A stretch of 38,144 nt of DNA, taken from assembly GCA_031973235.1 (NCBI GenBank), contig DALYDM010000004.1, positions 1-38,144 of the forward strand. The letters are read 5' to 3'. The position numbers were made by a program, and so were the translations under genes. Shown here piece by piece: positions 28,142 to 36,125 of the stretch. The DNA comes from Minisyncoccota bacterium (GTDB lineage: Bacteria > Patescibacteriota > Minisyncoccia > Phycocordibacterales > UBA9973). The notes below the pieces were generated by a model. The model made no database searches, was not told the DNA's origin, and was given only the letters and a program-made list of their open reading frames with translations. Within the stretch, counting starts at the first letter, position 1; every line of letters begins with the position of its first letter.

Positions 28142-28528
28142 TTATTGTGTGTTTGTTGGTAATACGCACTGTGTTTTTTCTGCAAGAACACTCAATTCTA
28201 CTTCTCCGTTTAGTGTGGTTCCATCTGCAAAAATCCATGTCGGGTAAGACTTCACACCTTTCTCTGTACAAGTTGCAAGTTGTCCTTGTCCGTCCGGAGT
28301 AGAACACTCAACATAAGGGAGTAGCTTTTCTGATTTCCCAAAAGCCTTTTTTTGGTTTTGGCAGTGAGGACACCAAAATGCACCATAAAAAACTGCACCT
28401 TTATCTTTGAGACATTGTGCAAAACCGTCGAGCTTTCCAGGGGTTGTGTTTTCTTTATGAATAATGAATCCAAGACCAGCTATTACTGCGATTGTTATTG
28501 AAAGCACTATAATTGTTCCTTTTGTCAT
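28142..28528 (-). CDS. Membrane-anchored thioredoxin-like protein (CPHC)
   Basis: N-terminal TM; FYGAFWCPHCQNQK...PYVECS...C...GVKSYPTW, the pattern of the VKOR-associated Trx-like domain. Confidence 0.85.
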   Translation of the reverse strand: MTKGTIIVLSITIAVIAGLGFIIHKENTTPGKLDGFAQCLKDKGAVFYGAFWCPHCQNQKKAFGKSEKLLPYVECSTPDGQGQLATCTEKGVKSYPTWIFADGTTLNGEVELSVLAEKTQCVLPTNTQ

Positions 28529-28545
28529 ATAAAATATATTAATTA

Positions 28546-28968
28546 TTATAACGATTTTTTTGAGCAGTTGTTACATACACCAAAAAATTCTAATGAATGC
28601 TTTGTAATGGTTTTAAATGTCTGCGATTTTGTGAGTATTTTTTTACTTAACTCATCAAGCCCACATGATTCAATGTCTTCGATTTTGTTACACTTCGTGC
28701 AGATAATGTGATGGTGATGAGTTCTGCCGTGATGAATTTCAAAAAGTACTTTGTTTTTTTCGATATGAAGCGTGTCAACAATTCCTTTGTCTGCGAATTC
28801 GTTGAGTGTTCTGTAAATGGTGGAAAGATCAACGACTTTTTCAGTGGAAACAAAAAGTGATTCTGCCGAAAGTGGGTGAGTGGTAGAAATAAGTGCCTGT
28901 AATACTCGAATTCTTCCCGGCGTGCTCTTTAATCTAAATTGTTTGAGAATGGAATGAGGTGTATCCAT
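28546..28968 (-). CDS. Fur-family metalloregulator (probably Zur)
   Basis: HPLSAE, DLSTIYRTL, HHHHIICTKC, GVCNNC. Confidence 0.92.
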   Translation of the reverse strand: MDTPHSILKQFRLKSTPGRIRVLQALISTTHPLSAESLFVSTEKVVDLSTIYRTLNEFADKGIVDTLHIEKNKVLFEIHHGRTHHHHIICTKCNKIEDIESCGLDELSKKILTKSQTFKTITKHSLEFFGVCNNCSKKSL

Positions 28969-28996
28969 ACAGAAACTATAGGATAAATTACGAGAA

Positions 28997-29065
28997 TTTG
29001 CAATTGCAAAGTATTTGCATTTGAGTATTTTTTCAAGTAATATAAATGCAAACAAGTTGCATTTA
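28997..29065. promoter_or_regulatory. Two Fur/Zur-type operators
   Basis: AATTGCAA-AGTAT-TTGCATTT (29002-29022) and TAAATGCAA-ACAAG-TTGCATTTA (29043-29065). Confidence 0.75.
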
Positions 29066-29076
29066 AAATTAATACT

Positions 29077-29778
29077 ATGATACAGTATCAAATACGTAAT
29101 AAAACTATGATCAAAGAGGAAAATAAAGCAAAAAGTTACATGACAAAAAGTGCTTCTTTGGGACTTGGGTTCTTGGTTTTTTTGTCTTTAAGTCAGATGT
29201 ATCACTTTGTACACGAATCAAATTTTAGTCTGGAGTCAATAATCCTAGGATTGTCTGTGCTGATATTTTCTGTGGGTGTCGGACGAATTCTCGCGAAACA
29301 TCTTTCTGTGTGTACACACGAACACACAGATGATGTTGATATTACATTTATTCTGTTACTAGTGATCGGGTCTCTTATTCACACCATCTTTGATGGATCG
29401 GTGATCCACGAATCTTTTTCTAGTGGTGTAGCTGAAGGAGTTGGTGTGCTCGCAGCAATTTTATTTCATGAGATTGTTCGAACGAGCATTTTGTACCGTA
29501 TTATACGATTGATGGGATTCAAAAAATCTCTTGCACTTCTCTCTGTGTTCGGTGTTTCATTTCTCGGTGTTGCCGGAGGATATGCATTAGGTGGATTTAT
29601 TTCACGGTTCCATGAATATGAAAGTATTGCACATCTTATATCTGGAGGAATGTTTGTCGCAGTGACAACTGATTTGTACTACTACATAAGATATCATTAT
29701 GGAAAGGTGAGGATTGTACCAGTGATGTCAGGAATGGTGATTGCGTATATTGTTGGCGGCTTGGGTGGACATGAATAG
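29077..29778 (+). CDS. ZIP-family divalent metal transporter
   Basis: Multiple TMs, HEHTDD loop, HTIFDG and FHEIVR metal motifs; divergent from the Fur gene. Confidence 0.75.
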   Translation: MIQYQIRNKTMIKEENKAKSYMTKSASLGLGFLVFLSLSQMYHFVHESNFSLESIILGLSVLIFSVGVGRILAKHLSVCTHEHTDDVDITFILLLVIGSLIHTIFDGSVIHESFSSGVAEGVGVLAAILFHEIVRTSILYRIIRLMGFKKSLALLSVFGVSFLGVAGGYALGGFISRFHEYESIAHLISGGMFVAVTTDLYYYIRYHYGKVRIVPVMSGMVIAYIVGGLGGHE

Positions 29779-29781
29779 TGG

Positions 29782-29810
29782 AATCCTTACAGAAATGTAA
29801 GGATTTTTTT
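29782..29810 (+). terminator. Terminator after the ZIP gene
   Basis: AATCCTTACA-GAAA-TGTAAGGATT followed by a T-run. Confidence 0.85.
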
Positions 29811-29927
29811 ATTGGTACCAATATATATTTCTTAATTAAAATATATTCTCGGAATCACCTCTCCCTTTGGTCGAGATGCTCAATAAGTGCTGGGTAGGAA
29901 TCTTTCGTTACACGAACAGCGTACCTT

Positions 29928-30028
29928 TTCGATTCCTACACACAAGCCAAACAGTTGACTTGCTCGGGCGCACAAATTAAAAAACCCCATTCAGGGTTTT
30001 TTAATTTGTGCGCCCGGTAGGAATCGAA
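29928..30028. repeat. Inverted copy of the tRNA-Lys 3' end (12+23 bp arm split by a 25-nt hairpin)
   Basis: 29928-29939 plus 29965-29987 are the reverse complement of 29994-30028. Confidence 0.85.
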
Positions 30029-30081
30029 CCTACGACCATCTCCTTAAAAGGGAGCTGCTCTACCGACTGAGCTACGGGCGC
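30009..30081 (-). tRNA. tRNA-Lys(TTT)
   Basis: GCGCCCG acceptor stem, D arm GCTC/GAGC, anticodon loop CT-TTT-AA, T arm GTAGG-TTCGATT-CCTAC; CCA not encoded. Confidence 0.96.
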
Positions 30082-30203
30082 ATATGTTTATTTAATTTTT
30101 TGTTATCTGTTGAAGCCGCTACAACTGAGTTGTGGGCACATATATTTTTACCAAAACTCGCATAAAAAATACTTTTCTGGTACATTCAAAAATAACACAT
30201 AAT

Positions 30204-30683
30204 ATGATTAAAATCAAGAAAAAGGAAATAGTGCTTATACTCGAAAATATCCGAAGTGCAGAAAACGTCGGTTCGATTTTTCGTACCGCGGATGCAGTCG
30301 GTGTGACTAAGATATACCTTGTCGGCTACACCCCAGATCCTTTGGATCGATTTGGTAAACCACAAAAAGGTGTTGTAAAAGCTTCGCTTGGTGCTGAGAA
30401 GTCGATTCCATGGGAACACTCTGTGTCAATTCTTCCACTACTAAAAAAACTTAAAAAAGATAATTTCGAAATTGTATCACTTGAACAATCACCACGCTCA
30501 GTTTTGTACACAAAATATAAAACCCAAAAATGTGCTCTTGTTGTTGGGAATGAGGTTGAAGGTGTTTCAAAAAAAACACTCTCTTGCTCTGATGTGATAA
30601 TCGAAATACCAATGAAGGGAAATAAAGAGTCGCTTAACGTATCAGTCGCAACAGGTGTAGCATTATTTCAGCTTGTTCGTTAA
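30204..30683 (+). CDS. TrmH/SpoU-family RNA 2'-O-methyltransferase
   Basis: LENIRSAENVGSIFRTADA, VGNEVEG, IPMKGNKESLNVSVA. Confidence 0.93.
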   Translation: MIKIKKKEIVLILENIRSAENVGSIFRTADAVGVTKIYLVGYTPDPLDRFGKPQKGVVKASLGAEKSIPWEHSVSILPLLKKLKKDNFEIVSLEQSPRSVLYTKYKTQKCALVVGNEVEGVSKKTLSCSDVIIEIPMKGNKESLNVSVATGVALFQLVR

Positions 30684-30709
30684 AAAACAGCACATGTTGT
30701 GCTGTTTTT
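30683..30709. terminator. Bidirectional terminator
   Basis: AAAAACAGCACA-TGT-TGTGCTGTTTTT. Confidence 0.85.
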
Positions 30710-30718
30710 ATAGATGTG

Positions 30719-31303
30719 TTACTTAAAATCAATACTTCGCATTATTGTGTATGCAGTGTTTTTTTCTGCAGTCGAAAGATTGTCTCCTGCAATTGTGAGA
30801 TCTTTTCCAAACCATCTGTGATAGTACGCACCTGTTACTCCGTTGCCGACTTTCTTTGGTGTTACAAATTTCGTGCTGACTCCGTCGACTGCTTCGTATG
30901 CAATAGTGTACAGGTCTTTCGATACAGGCAAGTCTCCTGGTGTTGTTCCGTAGTCAAATGTGAGTGTTGTGATGTTGTTTGTAAATTCTCCAGAATAATA
31001 TCCATCTCGTGCAGGGATTTCACGAAGCTCCCAGCCTGGAGGGAGTGATACGGTAAAATATTTTGCATTTTCACCGTGATAGTTTTTTGGTGGAACGAAT
31101 GGTCCTTTCCAGTTTGGTTTTCCTATCTCTCCACCGTATTGCTCACCGGTATCAATGGGAGAAGGGGGTTTTAGAAATGCTTTTTGTTGAGAGATGCGTG
31201 CAGGTCCACCGGTAATAATCCATACAATAAATATAATAAGCAAGCCTTTGCCAAGCCACATTAAATCTTTTGTTGCATCGGGTCCTTTTGGTGCGTCTGC
31301 CAT
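30719..31303 (-). CDS. Membrane-anchored hypothetical protein
   Basis: TM near the N-terminus, P-rich linker, small beta domain (FTVSLPPGWE); begins 1 nt after the mutM stop. Confidence 0.7.
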   Translation of the reverse strand: MADAPKGPDATKDLMWLGKGLLIIFIVWIITGGPARISQQKAFLKPPSPIDTGEQYGGEIGKPNWKGPFVPPKNYHGENAKYFTVSLPPGWELREIPARDGYYSGEFTNNITTLTFDYGTTPGDLPVSKDLYTIAYEAVDGVSTKFVTPKKVGNGVTGAYYHRWFGKDLTIAGDNLSTAEKNTAYTIMRSIDFK

Positions 31304-31304
31304 G

Positions 31305-32231
31305 TTATTTTTGGTGGACACTACAATAATGCGCACTTCGTCCACCGATTACATTACGAAGTATAACACCAGTACACCCACGTTTCCCACACTTTTCATC
31401 TCTTTTTCTGTACACATTGTGGTTGTGGTGAAAATTTCCACGTGCACCATCTATTTGTCTATAATCACTTGTTGAATCTCCGCCAAAATCGATTCCTTTT
31501 AGAAGAATTTTTTTCATTGAATTGTATAGTTGAGTAAACTCATTTTTTGAAAGGGAAGAAACTTCTCTGTCGGGTCGTACATTTGCAAGCCAAAGCAGCT
31601 CATCAGAATAAATATTTCCAATACCAGATAGTAGAGTCTGATCCATAAGTGCAGTTTTTATTTTCATTGATGGACGCGTAGACAGACGCTCAATAAAATT
31701 CTTTTCACTAAATGTTTCCTCTAAGGGTTCTGGTCCGAGATTTTTTAGATGAATTGAGTTGTGTGCGTCGTTTGTTGGAAGTAGTGTGATTTTGCCAAAT
31801 TTTCTTGAATCACAAAAGACAAGATGTTTTCCGTTTGAAAGTGTGAACACAACATGGATAAATCTGTTATATGGATCTCGTAGTGCTTCGTTCTTTTCAT
31901 TGCTATGAACAGACCATGAATTAGTTTTTTTGTTGTATGAATATGTACCATAGAGCAAGTGCCCGGTCATTTTCATATGGATAAGTATTGTGTGGCCGCC
32001 TGAAATGTGAACAAGAATATTTTTTGCACGTCTTTCAACCGAGAGTACTTTTTGTCCGGATATAATTTTTTTAAATTTTTTATAAAATGCCTCGTCTTTA
32101 AGTGTATTTTTAAAATGCGAAATAGTCTGATTCTTTTTCGCAAGATCAGTCCATACATCTACTATCGTCAGTCGTGGCAGAACCTTTTGAAGTCCTGTGA
32201 CTGTGGTTTGAACTTCAGGCAATTCAGGCAT
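31305..32231 (-). CDS. mutM: Formamidopyrimidine-DNA glycosylase
   Basis: MPELPEV, HMKMTG, DSRKFG, GIGNIYSDE, C-terminal Zn finger (C..C..C..H variant). Confidence 0.97.
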   Translation of the reverse strand: MPELPEVQTTVTGLQKVLPRLTIVDVWTDLAKKNQTISHFKNTLKDEAFYKKFKKIISGQKVLSVERRAKNILVHISGGHTILIHMKMTGHLLYGTYSYNKKTNSWSVHSNEKNEALRDPYNRFIHVVFTLSNGKHLVFCDSRKFGKITLLPTNDAHNSIHLKNLGPEPLEETFSEKNFIERLSTRPSMKIKTALMDQTLLSGIGNIYSDELLWLANVRPDREVSSLSKNEFTQLYNSMKKILLKGIDFGGDSTSDYRQIDGARGNFHHNHNVYRKRDEKCGKRGCTGVILRNVIGGRSAHYCSVHQK

Positions 32232-32242
32232 ATAAAAGGAAA

Positions 32243-32824
32243 TTATTTTTTACCCAAAATCTTGAGTGCCTCTTTGATTCGAGCATTTGTATCCATGGCT
32301 GTATCTGGAATATCTTTGAGTGCATCACGAATTTCATGTTGTTGATAGCCAAGCGCCATAAGTGCTTGTGCTACATCACTTTCAGATCGAAGTGTTCCAC
32401 TTTCTGCACTGTGCCCACGAAGAGTGAGTTTGTCTTTGAGTTCAAGAACAATTTTCTCAGCTGTCTTTCTTCCGATACCTGAAACTTTTGTGAGGTAGCC
32501 AGTGTCACCACTTGCGATTGCGTTTTTAAGTGTGTCGACAGATCCCATGCCGATTATTCCAAGTGCACCACGTGGCCCGATTCCTGATATTTCTATAAGC
32601 ATTTGAAAAAAATCTAATTCTTCAAGATTAAAAAATCCAAAAAGTTCAATTGCATTCTCTCGTACTGACATGTGTGTCCATAGATTGATACTCTCACCAT
32701 CGAGTGAGTTGATTCGAGAAAGTGCATCTGTGGTGGTATAGACGAGATAGCCAACTCCTCCTACATCAAGTATTACCGATTTGTCTGTTGTGTGTAGAGG
32801 TATCCCTTTTAAGTATGAAATCAT
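32243..32824 (-). CDS. ruvA: Holliday junction DNA-binding protein RuvA
   Basis: MISYLKG, GVGY, SGIGPRGAL, GIGRKTAEKIVLELKDK, ALMALGY. Confidence 0.96.
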   Translation of the reverse strand: MISYLKGIPLHTTDKSVILDVGGVGYLVYTTTDALSRINSLDGESINLWTHMSVRENAIELFGFFNLEELDFFQMLIEISGIGPRGALGIIGMGSVDTLKNAIASGDTGYLTKVSGIGRKTAEKIVLELKDKLTLRGHSAESGTLRSESDVAQALMALGYQQHEIRDALKDIPDTAMDTNARIKEALKILGKK

Positions 32825-32860
32825 GATACTAGTATACCTTATATTTGAGTTGAGATGGAT

Positions 32861-32889
32861 TTGCAAAAATGATTATTTTCTTGTATAGT
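32861..32889 (+). promoter_or_regulatory. rpsT promoter
   Basis: TTGCAA-17 nt-TATAGT. Confidence 0.6.
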
Positions 32890-32986
32890 GTGCTCACTTG
32901 GATTTGAGTGTGTCTCACCCAAACCGAGACTTTAGGTGAGTATGTTTCCCGGAAAAACATCTCATTATCGTTAGCTATAGCAAATT

Positions 32987-33241
32987 ATGCCAATAACAAA
33001 ATCAGCAAAACGTGCACTTCGAGGTTCACTTCGAAAGAAAGCATCAAATGATCGCCAAAAGAAAGCGATGAAAGATACTATCAAAAAAGTAGAACGTCTT
33101 GTAAAAGAAAAGAAGGTTGATGAAGCAAAAAAACTTCTTCCAACTGTCTATCAAGTCATTGATAAGACAGCAAAGAAGGGAATCATCAAGAAAAACAACG
33201 CCTCACGAAAGAAGTCACGAATGTCACGAATTACAAAATAA
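32987..33241 (+). CDS. rpsT: 30S ribosomal protein S20
   Basis: MPITKSAKRALR...IDKTAKKGIIKKNNASRKKSR. Confidence 0.97.
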   Translation: MPITKSAKRALRGSLRKKASNDRQKKAMKDTIKKVERLVKEKKVDEAKKLLPTVYQVIDKTAKKGIIKKNNASRKKSRMSRITK

Positions 33242-33246
33242 CAAAG

Positions 33247-33268
33247 AATCGCCGAAAGGCGATTTTTT
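33247..33268 (+). terminator. Terminator after rpsT
   Basis: AATCGCC-GAAA-GGCGATT-TTTT. Confidence 0.85.
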
Positions 33269-33305
33269 GTTATACTAAATGAGTATTAGTAGTTATTAAA
33301 AATAT

Positions 33306-33572
33306 ATGTCACATTTACTGGAATTTTATGGAGAAGAGTGTCCGCATTGTGTTCGAATGAAAGAATTGGTTACAAAACTCGAAAATGAAGAAGGGGTCAA
33401 AGTAGAGAGTTTTGAGGTGTGGCACAACGAAGAAAATCTCAAGAAACAAGAAGAGTACGATAAAGATTTGTGTGGAGGCGTTCCTTTCTTTTTCAATACT
33501 GAAACAAAAAAGTTTGTGTGCGGTGAAGCAGATTATGATGAATTGAAGAAGTGGGCGAAGGGGGAGGAATAA
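33306..33572 (+). CDS. Small cytoplasmic thioredoxin/glutaredoxin-like protein
   Basis: FYGEECPHC and CGGVPFF. Confidence 0.88.
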   Translation: MSHLLEFYGEECPHCVRMKELVTKLENEEGVKVESFEVWHNEENLKKQEEYDKDLCGGVPFFFNTETKKFVCGEADYDELKKWAKGEE

Positions 33573-33603
33573 TAAAAAGCACCAAGAGGTGCTTTTTATT
33601 ATT
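33568..33603. terminator. Bidirectional terminator
   Basis: AATAATAAAAAGCACC-AAGA-GGTGCTTTTTATTATT. Confidence 0.85.
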
Positions 33604-33677
33604 GGTGATCTCGGCGGGAATCGAACCTGCATTTCTCCCTTCGCAGGGGAGTGTCCTATCCGTTGAACGACGAGATC
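33603..33677 (-). tRNA. tRNA-Arg(GCG)
   Basis: GATCTCG/CGAGATC acceptor stem, CTCCC-CT-GCG-AA-GGGAG anticodon arm, TTCGATT T-loop, encoded CCA. Confidence 0.93.
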
Positions 33678-33732
33678 AGTTGCTTCATTTGAAGTATTCC
33701 TAATGTACACGAAAATAGGATAATTTCAAGTA

Positions 33733-34197
33733 TTAGAAGCCAAACATGTCAAGAAGTTTGTAGATGCCAGGTTCACGAAGTTCAGTGTGCTCAATCTTTT
33801 CACTAAGTATGTGATTTATTTCTGAAAGCATGTCTTCGTGTGCAGGTATTGAAATAAGTGGCATGAATGTTCTGTTTGTTAGAAGAAGAATTTTTGACTC
33901 TCGTTCGTTGGTCTGAATATCATAGTACTTGATGCTTTCGAATGGAAAGACAATGTTTTTTGCGCGAATTCCATCATTTTTTATTGAGCAATGGATAGTA
34001 TCAGGTCTTTTTGTTCCGAAATAGCACATCGCACTTCCCGCAATAAGCACTAGAAATGAAAACAGATAATTTTTGAATATAAACGATGTGATTGTGATAG
34101 AAAGGGTGCTTATGATGATTGCCCAATACCAATCATTTGATTTTTTGTGATAAAAAAATTCTGGTGCATCCCATTCGATGAGAGGTGTAGTATTCAT
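33733..34197 (-). CDS. Two-TM hypothetical protein with C-terminal PH-like region
   Basis: IEWDAPEF...KSNDWYW, TM hairpin, soluble beta region; TACAAT 6 nt before the ATG. Confidence 0.75.
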   Translation of the reverse strand: MNTTPLIEWDAPEFFYHKKSNDWYWAIIISTLSITITSFIFKNYLFSFLVLIAGSAMCYFGTKRPDTIHCSIKNDGIRAKNIVFPFESIKYYDIQTNERESKILLLTNRTFMPLISIPAHEDMLSEINHILSEKIEHTELREPGIYKLLDMFGF

Positions 34198-34215
34198 GAA
34201 AATATTGTACCAAAT

Positions 34216-34938
34216 TTATTGAGAGAATGATGTGCGGAGCGAGTTGGCAAGTGTTGAATATTTTTGAGTGAAGGTGTCTTGTGCTTGTTGGATTTTTTTG
34301 TCACGCACGATTTTGAGCTGCGCGACACTTTCTCCAAATGTTGTTGCAGAAATTTGCTGGTTGAACTTTCGATGATTTTCTTCCATCGATTTTCTCAATT
34401 CATTTTTGAAAAGCAACACAGAACGACCTTTTTCGCAGTCGTTGATAGTTTTCTCAAATACCTTTTTTGACGATTCTTTGTATTCGCTAAGGAGTACTTT
34501 TTCAATTGATTTTCTCTGGTTGAATAGTTTTTTTATTCCATCTTTGTATTCTTGCTGTGCATTTTCAATTGCCACCGCTCGTGCTTGCGAGATGTTTTTC
34601 ACATTTGCAATATATGTGTGCACTATTTTCTTTTGTTCTGGGGTTGTTGCAAGTGTCAGGATTGAATCAGTGTGTTTTTTGAATTTATCTTCTGTGCTTT
34701 TCTTTTGTAACGCACGTCTAGATTCGAAATCTGATATTTCACTTCCTAATTCTCTTATAAATTCTTTTTCAACATCATCAAGTTTGCTATCGTGTTGGCT
34801 AAAGAGTGCTTCAGCGTTGAATTCTTTTTGTCTAAGTTCGTTGCAGGAAGAACGTGAACTTGCATGAGTAATAACCGGCGTGATTACGCTTATGATTATA
34901 ACCACCAGATATGAAGTTGTTCGTGATAATTTATTCAT
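34216..34938 (-). CDS. Exported coiled-coil protein
   Basis: Signal-like N-terminus (...VITHA-S) and K/E-rich helical body; overlaps the upstream stop by 8 nt. Confidence 0.7.
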   Translation of the reverse strand: MNKLSRTTSYLVVIIISVITPVITHASSRSSCNELRQKEFNAEALFSQHDSKLDDVEKEFIRELGSEISDFESRRALQKKSTEDKFKKHTDSILTLATTPEQKKIVHTYIANVKNISQARAVAIENAQQEYKDGIKKLFNQRKSIEKVLLSEYKESSKKVFEKTINDCEKGRSVLLFKNELRKSMEENHRKFNQQISATTFGESVAQLKIVRDKKIQQAQDTFTQKYSTLANSLRTSFSQ

Positions 34939-35503
34939 AGAGTGATGAAAGATTACTGTAATCAGAAGTACTTGCGAAGCGAATACTACTATCTTGCTCA
35001 GAAGAAAAATCTTCATTGTAGGCATTTTCAAGAGAGGCGATTGATGATTCTAGTGGTGATTGGATAGGTGATACACTTTTCGCCATAAAGGATGAATTTT
35101 CTGGAGCGGTGATTTCTGTCTGAGTTGATGCATCAAATAGTTCAGGTGTTTGAGGTGTATTTTCTGTGACGAGTGCCACTGGTGTGATGTTTGAATTTTT
35201 TGATGAAGAATACGAAAGCACAACAAATAGCACAATAAACACGGGTGTTGCAAATGCAATATAAGGCATGTACTTTGATACGATAGGTTTTTGTTCTGGG
35301 AGTGATTGGATAAGCATATAGAAACTCTTTTTGTCTGGATGTGTATCAGAGTTTAAATGTTTGCCAATACCATCAACAAATTTCCATGCATCAAAATACT
35401 CACCCTTTTGTTCTGGATGTTTTTCGAGAAGGCTTGCAAGACTAATACCTTTGTCTTTTGCTTCTAGGATGTGTTCTATTATTGTTTCGTAATCGTTGAT
35501 CAT
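34931..35503 (-). CDS. Putative single-TM anti-sigma factor
   Basis: ATGA overlap with the sigma gene; about 80-aa cytoplasmic N-terminus, one TM, S/T/P-rich outside tail. Confidence 0.6.
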   Translation of the reverse strand: MINDYETIIEHILEAKDKGISLASLLEKHPEQKGEYFDAWKFVDGIGKHLNSDTHPDKKSFYMLIQSLPEQKPIVSKYMPYIAFATPVFIVLFVVLSYSSSKNSNITPVALVTENTPQTPELFDASTQTEITAPENSSFMAKSVSPIQSPLESSIASLENAYNEDFSSEQDSSIRFASTSDYSNLSSLYE

Positions 35504-36054
35504 AGTGTGATGTTGTGTTTCCTTAAATACTCTCGCATTGCCTTTAGTCCTCGTGATTGGAGTTGCCGTACTGCTTCTTCTTTCTTTCCCGTAATTTCAC
35601 AAATCTCTTTCGTTTCTAGGTCGTGAATAAATCTATACGTAATTATTTCTTTCTGGTCTTCCGTCAGCGCTTCCATTGCCTGCGAAATTATTTCTTGTGC
35701 CTCACGAGTGCTCGAATCACTTTTTTCCTCCACAAGTTCCTCGGACTTTTTTGAAATAATTTCATCGTCATAAATCACGCGTCCTTGTTTCCTCCAGTGG
35801 TCGATGATGGTATTTCGTGCGACGGTAAAGAAGTAGGCGAGTGGAGCACTATTGCCGGATTCAAACCTTGAAATAGATTTGTAGGTTTTTAGAAATACAG
35901 TCTGAGCTAGGTCTTCTGCTTCCTCCTTGTTTTTTGTTCGGAGGTAAATGTATCTGAAAACAGGTGTATAAAAAAGGGTGTAAAGCTCCTCAAATGCACC
36001 AACGTCTCCGGCTTTGGCTCGTAACACTAGTATTTTAGGATCTTCTCCTGTCAT
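35500..36054 (-). CDS. ECF RNA polymerase sigma factor
   Basis: GDVGAFEELY, EAEDLAQTVFLK, region 4 LTEDQKEIITYRF...QLQSRGLKAMR. Confidence 0.92.
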   Translation of the reverse strand: MTGEDPKILVLRAKAGDVGAFEELYTLFYTPVFRYIYLRTKNKEEAEDLAQTVFLKTYKSISRFESGNSAPLAYFFTVARNTIIDHWRKQGRVIYDDEIISKKSEELVEEKSDSSTREAQEIISQAMEALTEDQKEIITYRFIHDLETKEICEITGKKEEAVRQLQSRGLKAMREYLRKHNITL

Positions 36055-36125
36055 ATATAACGTATAGTATACCGCGTTTGTGATGGGTTTTGAAAGGTCG
36101 AATGAAGGCATGGTATAACCTATAT

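Noticed and set aside
29850-29975. A second, convergent tRNA gene on the plus strand
   Set aside because: Only T-loop and acceptor 3' pieces are present; there is no 5' acceptor strand, D arm or anticodon arm.
14076-32824. Split ruvA versus ruvB/ruvC arrangement
   Set aside because: Dispersed ruv genes are common; there is no sign of an inserted element between them.
33315-33710. 131-aa minus-strand ORF
   Set aside because: Runs through tRNA-Arg, a terminator and antisense to the thioredoxin gene.
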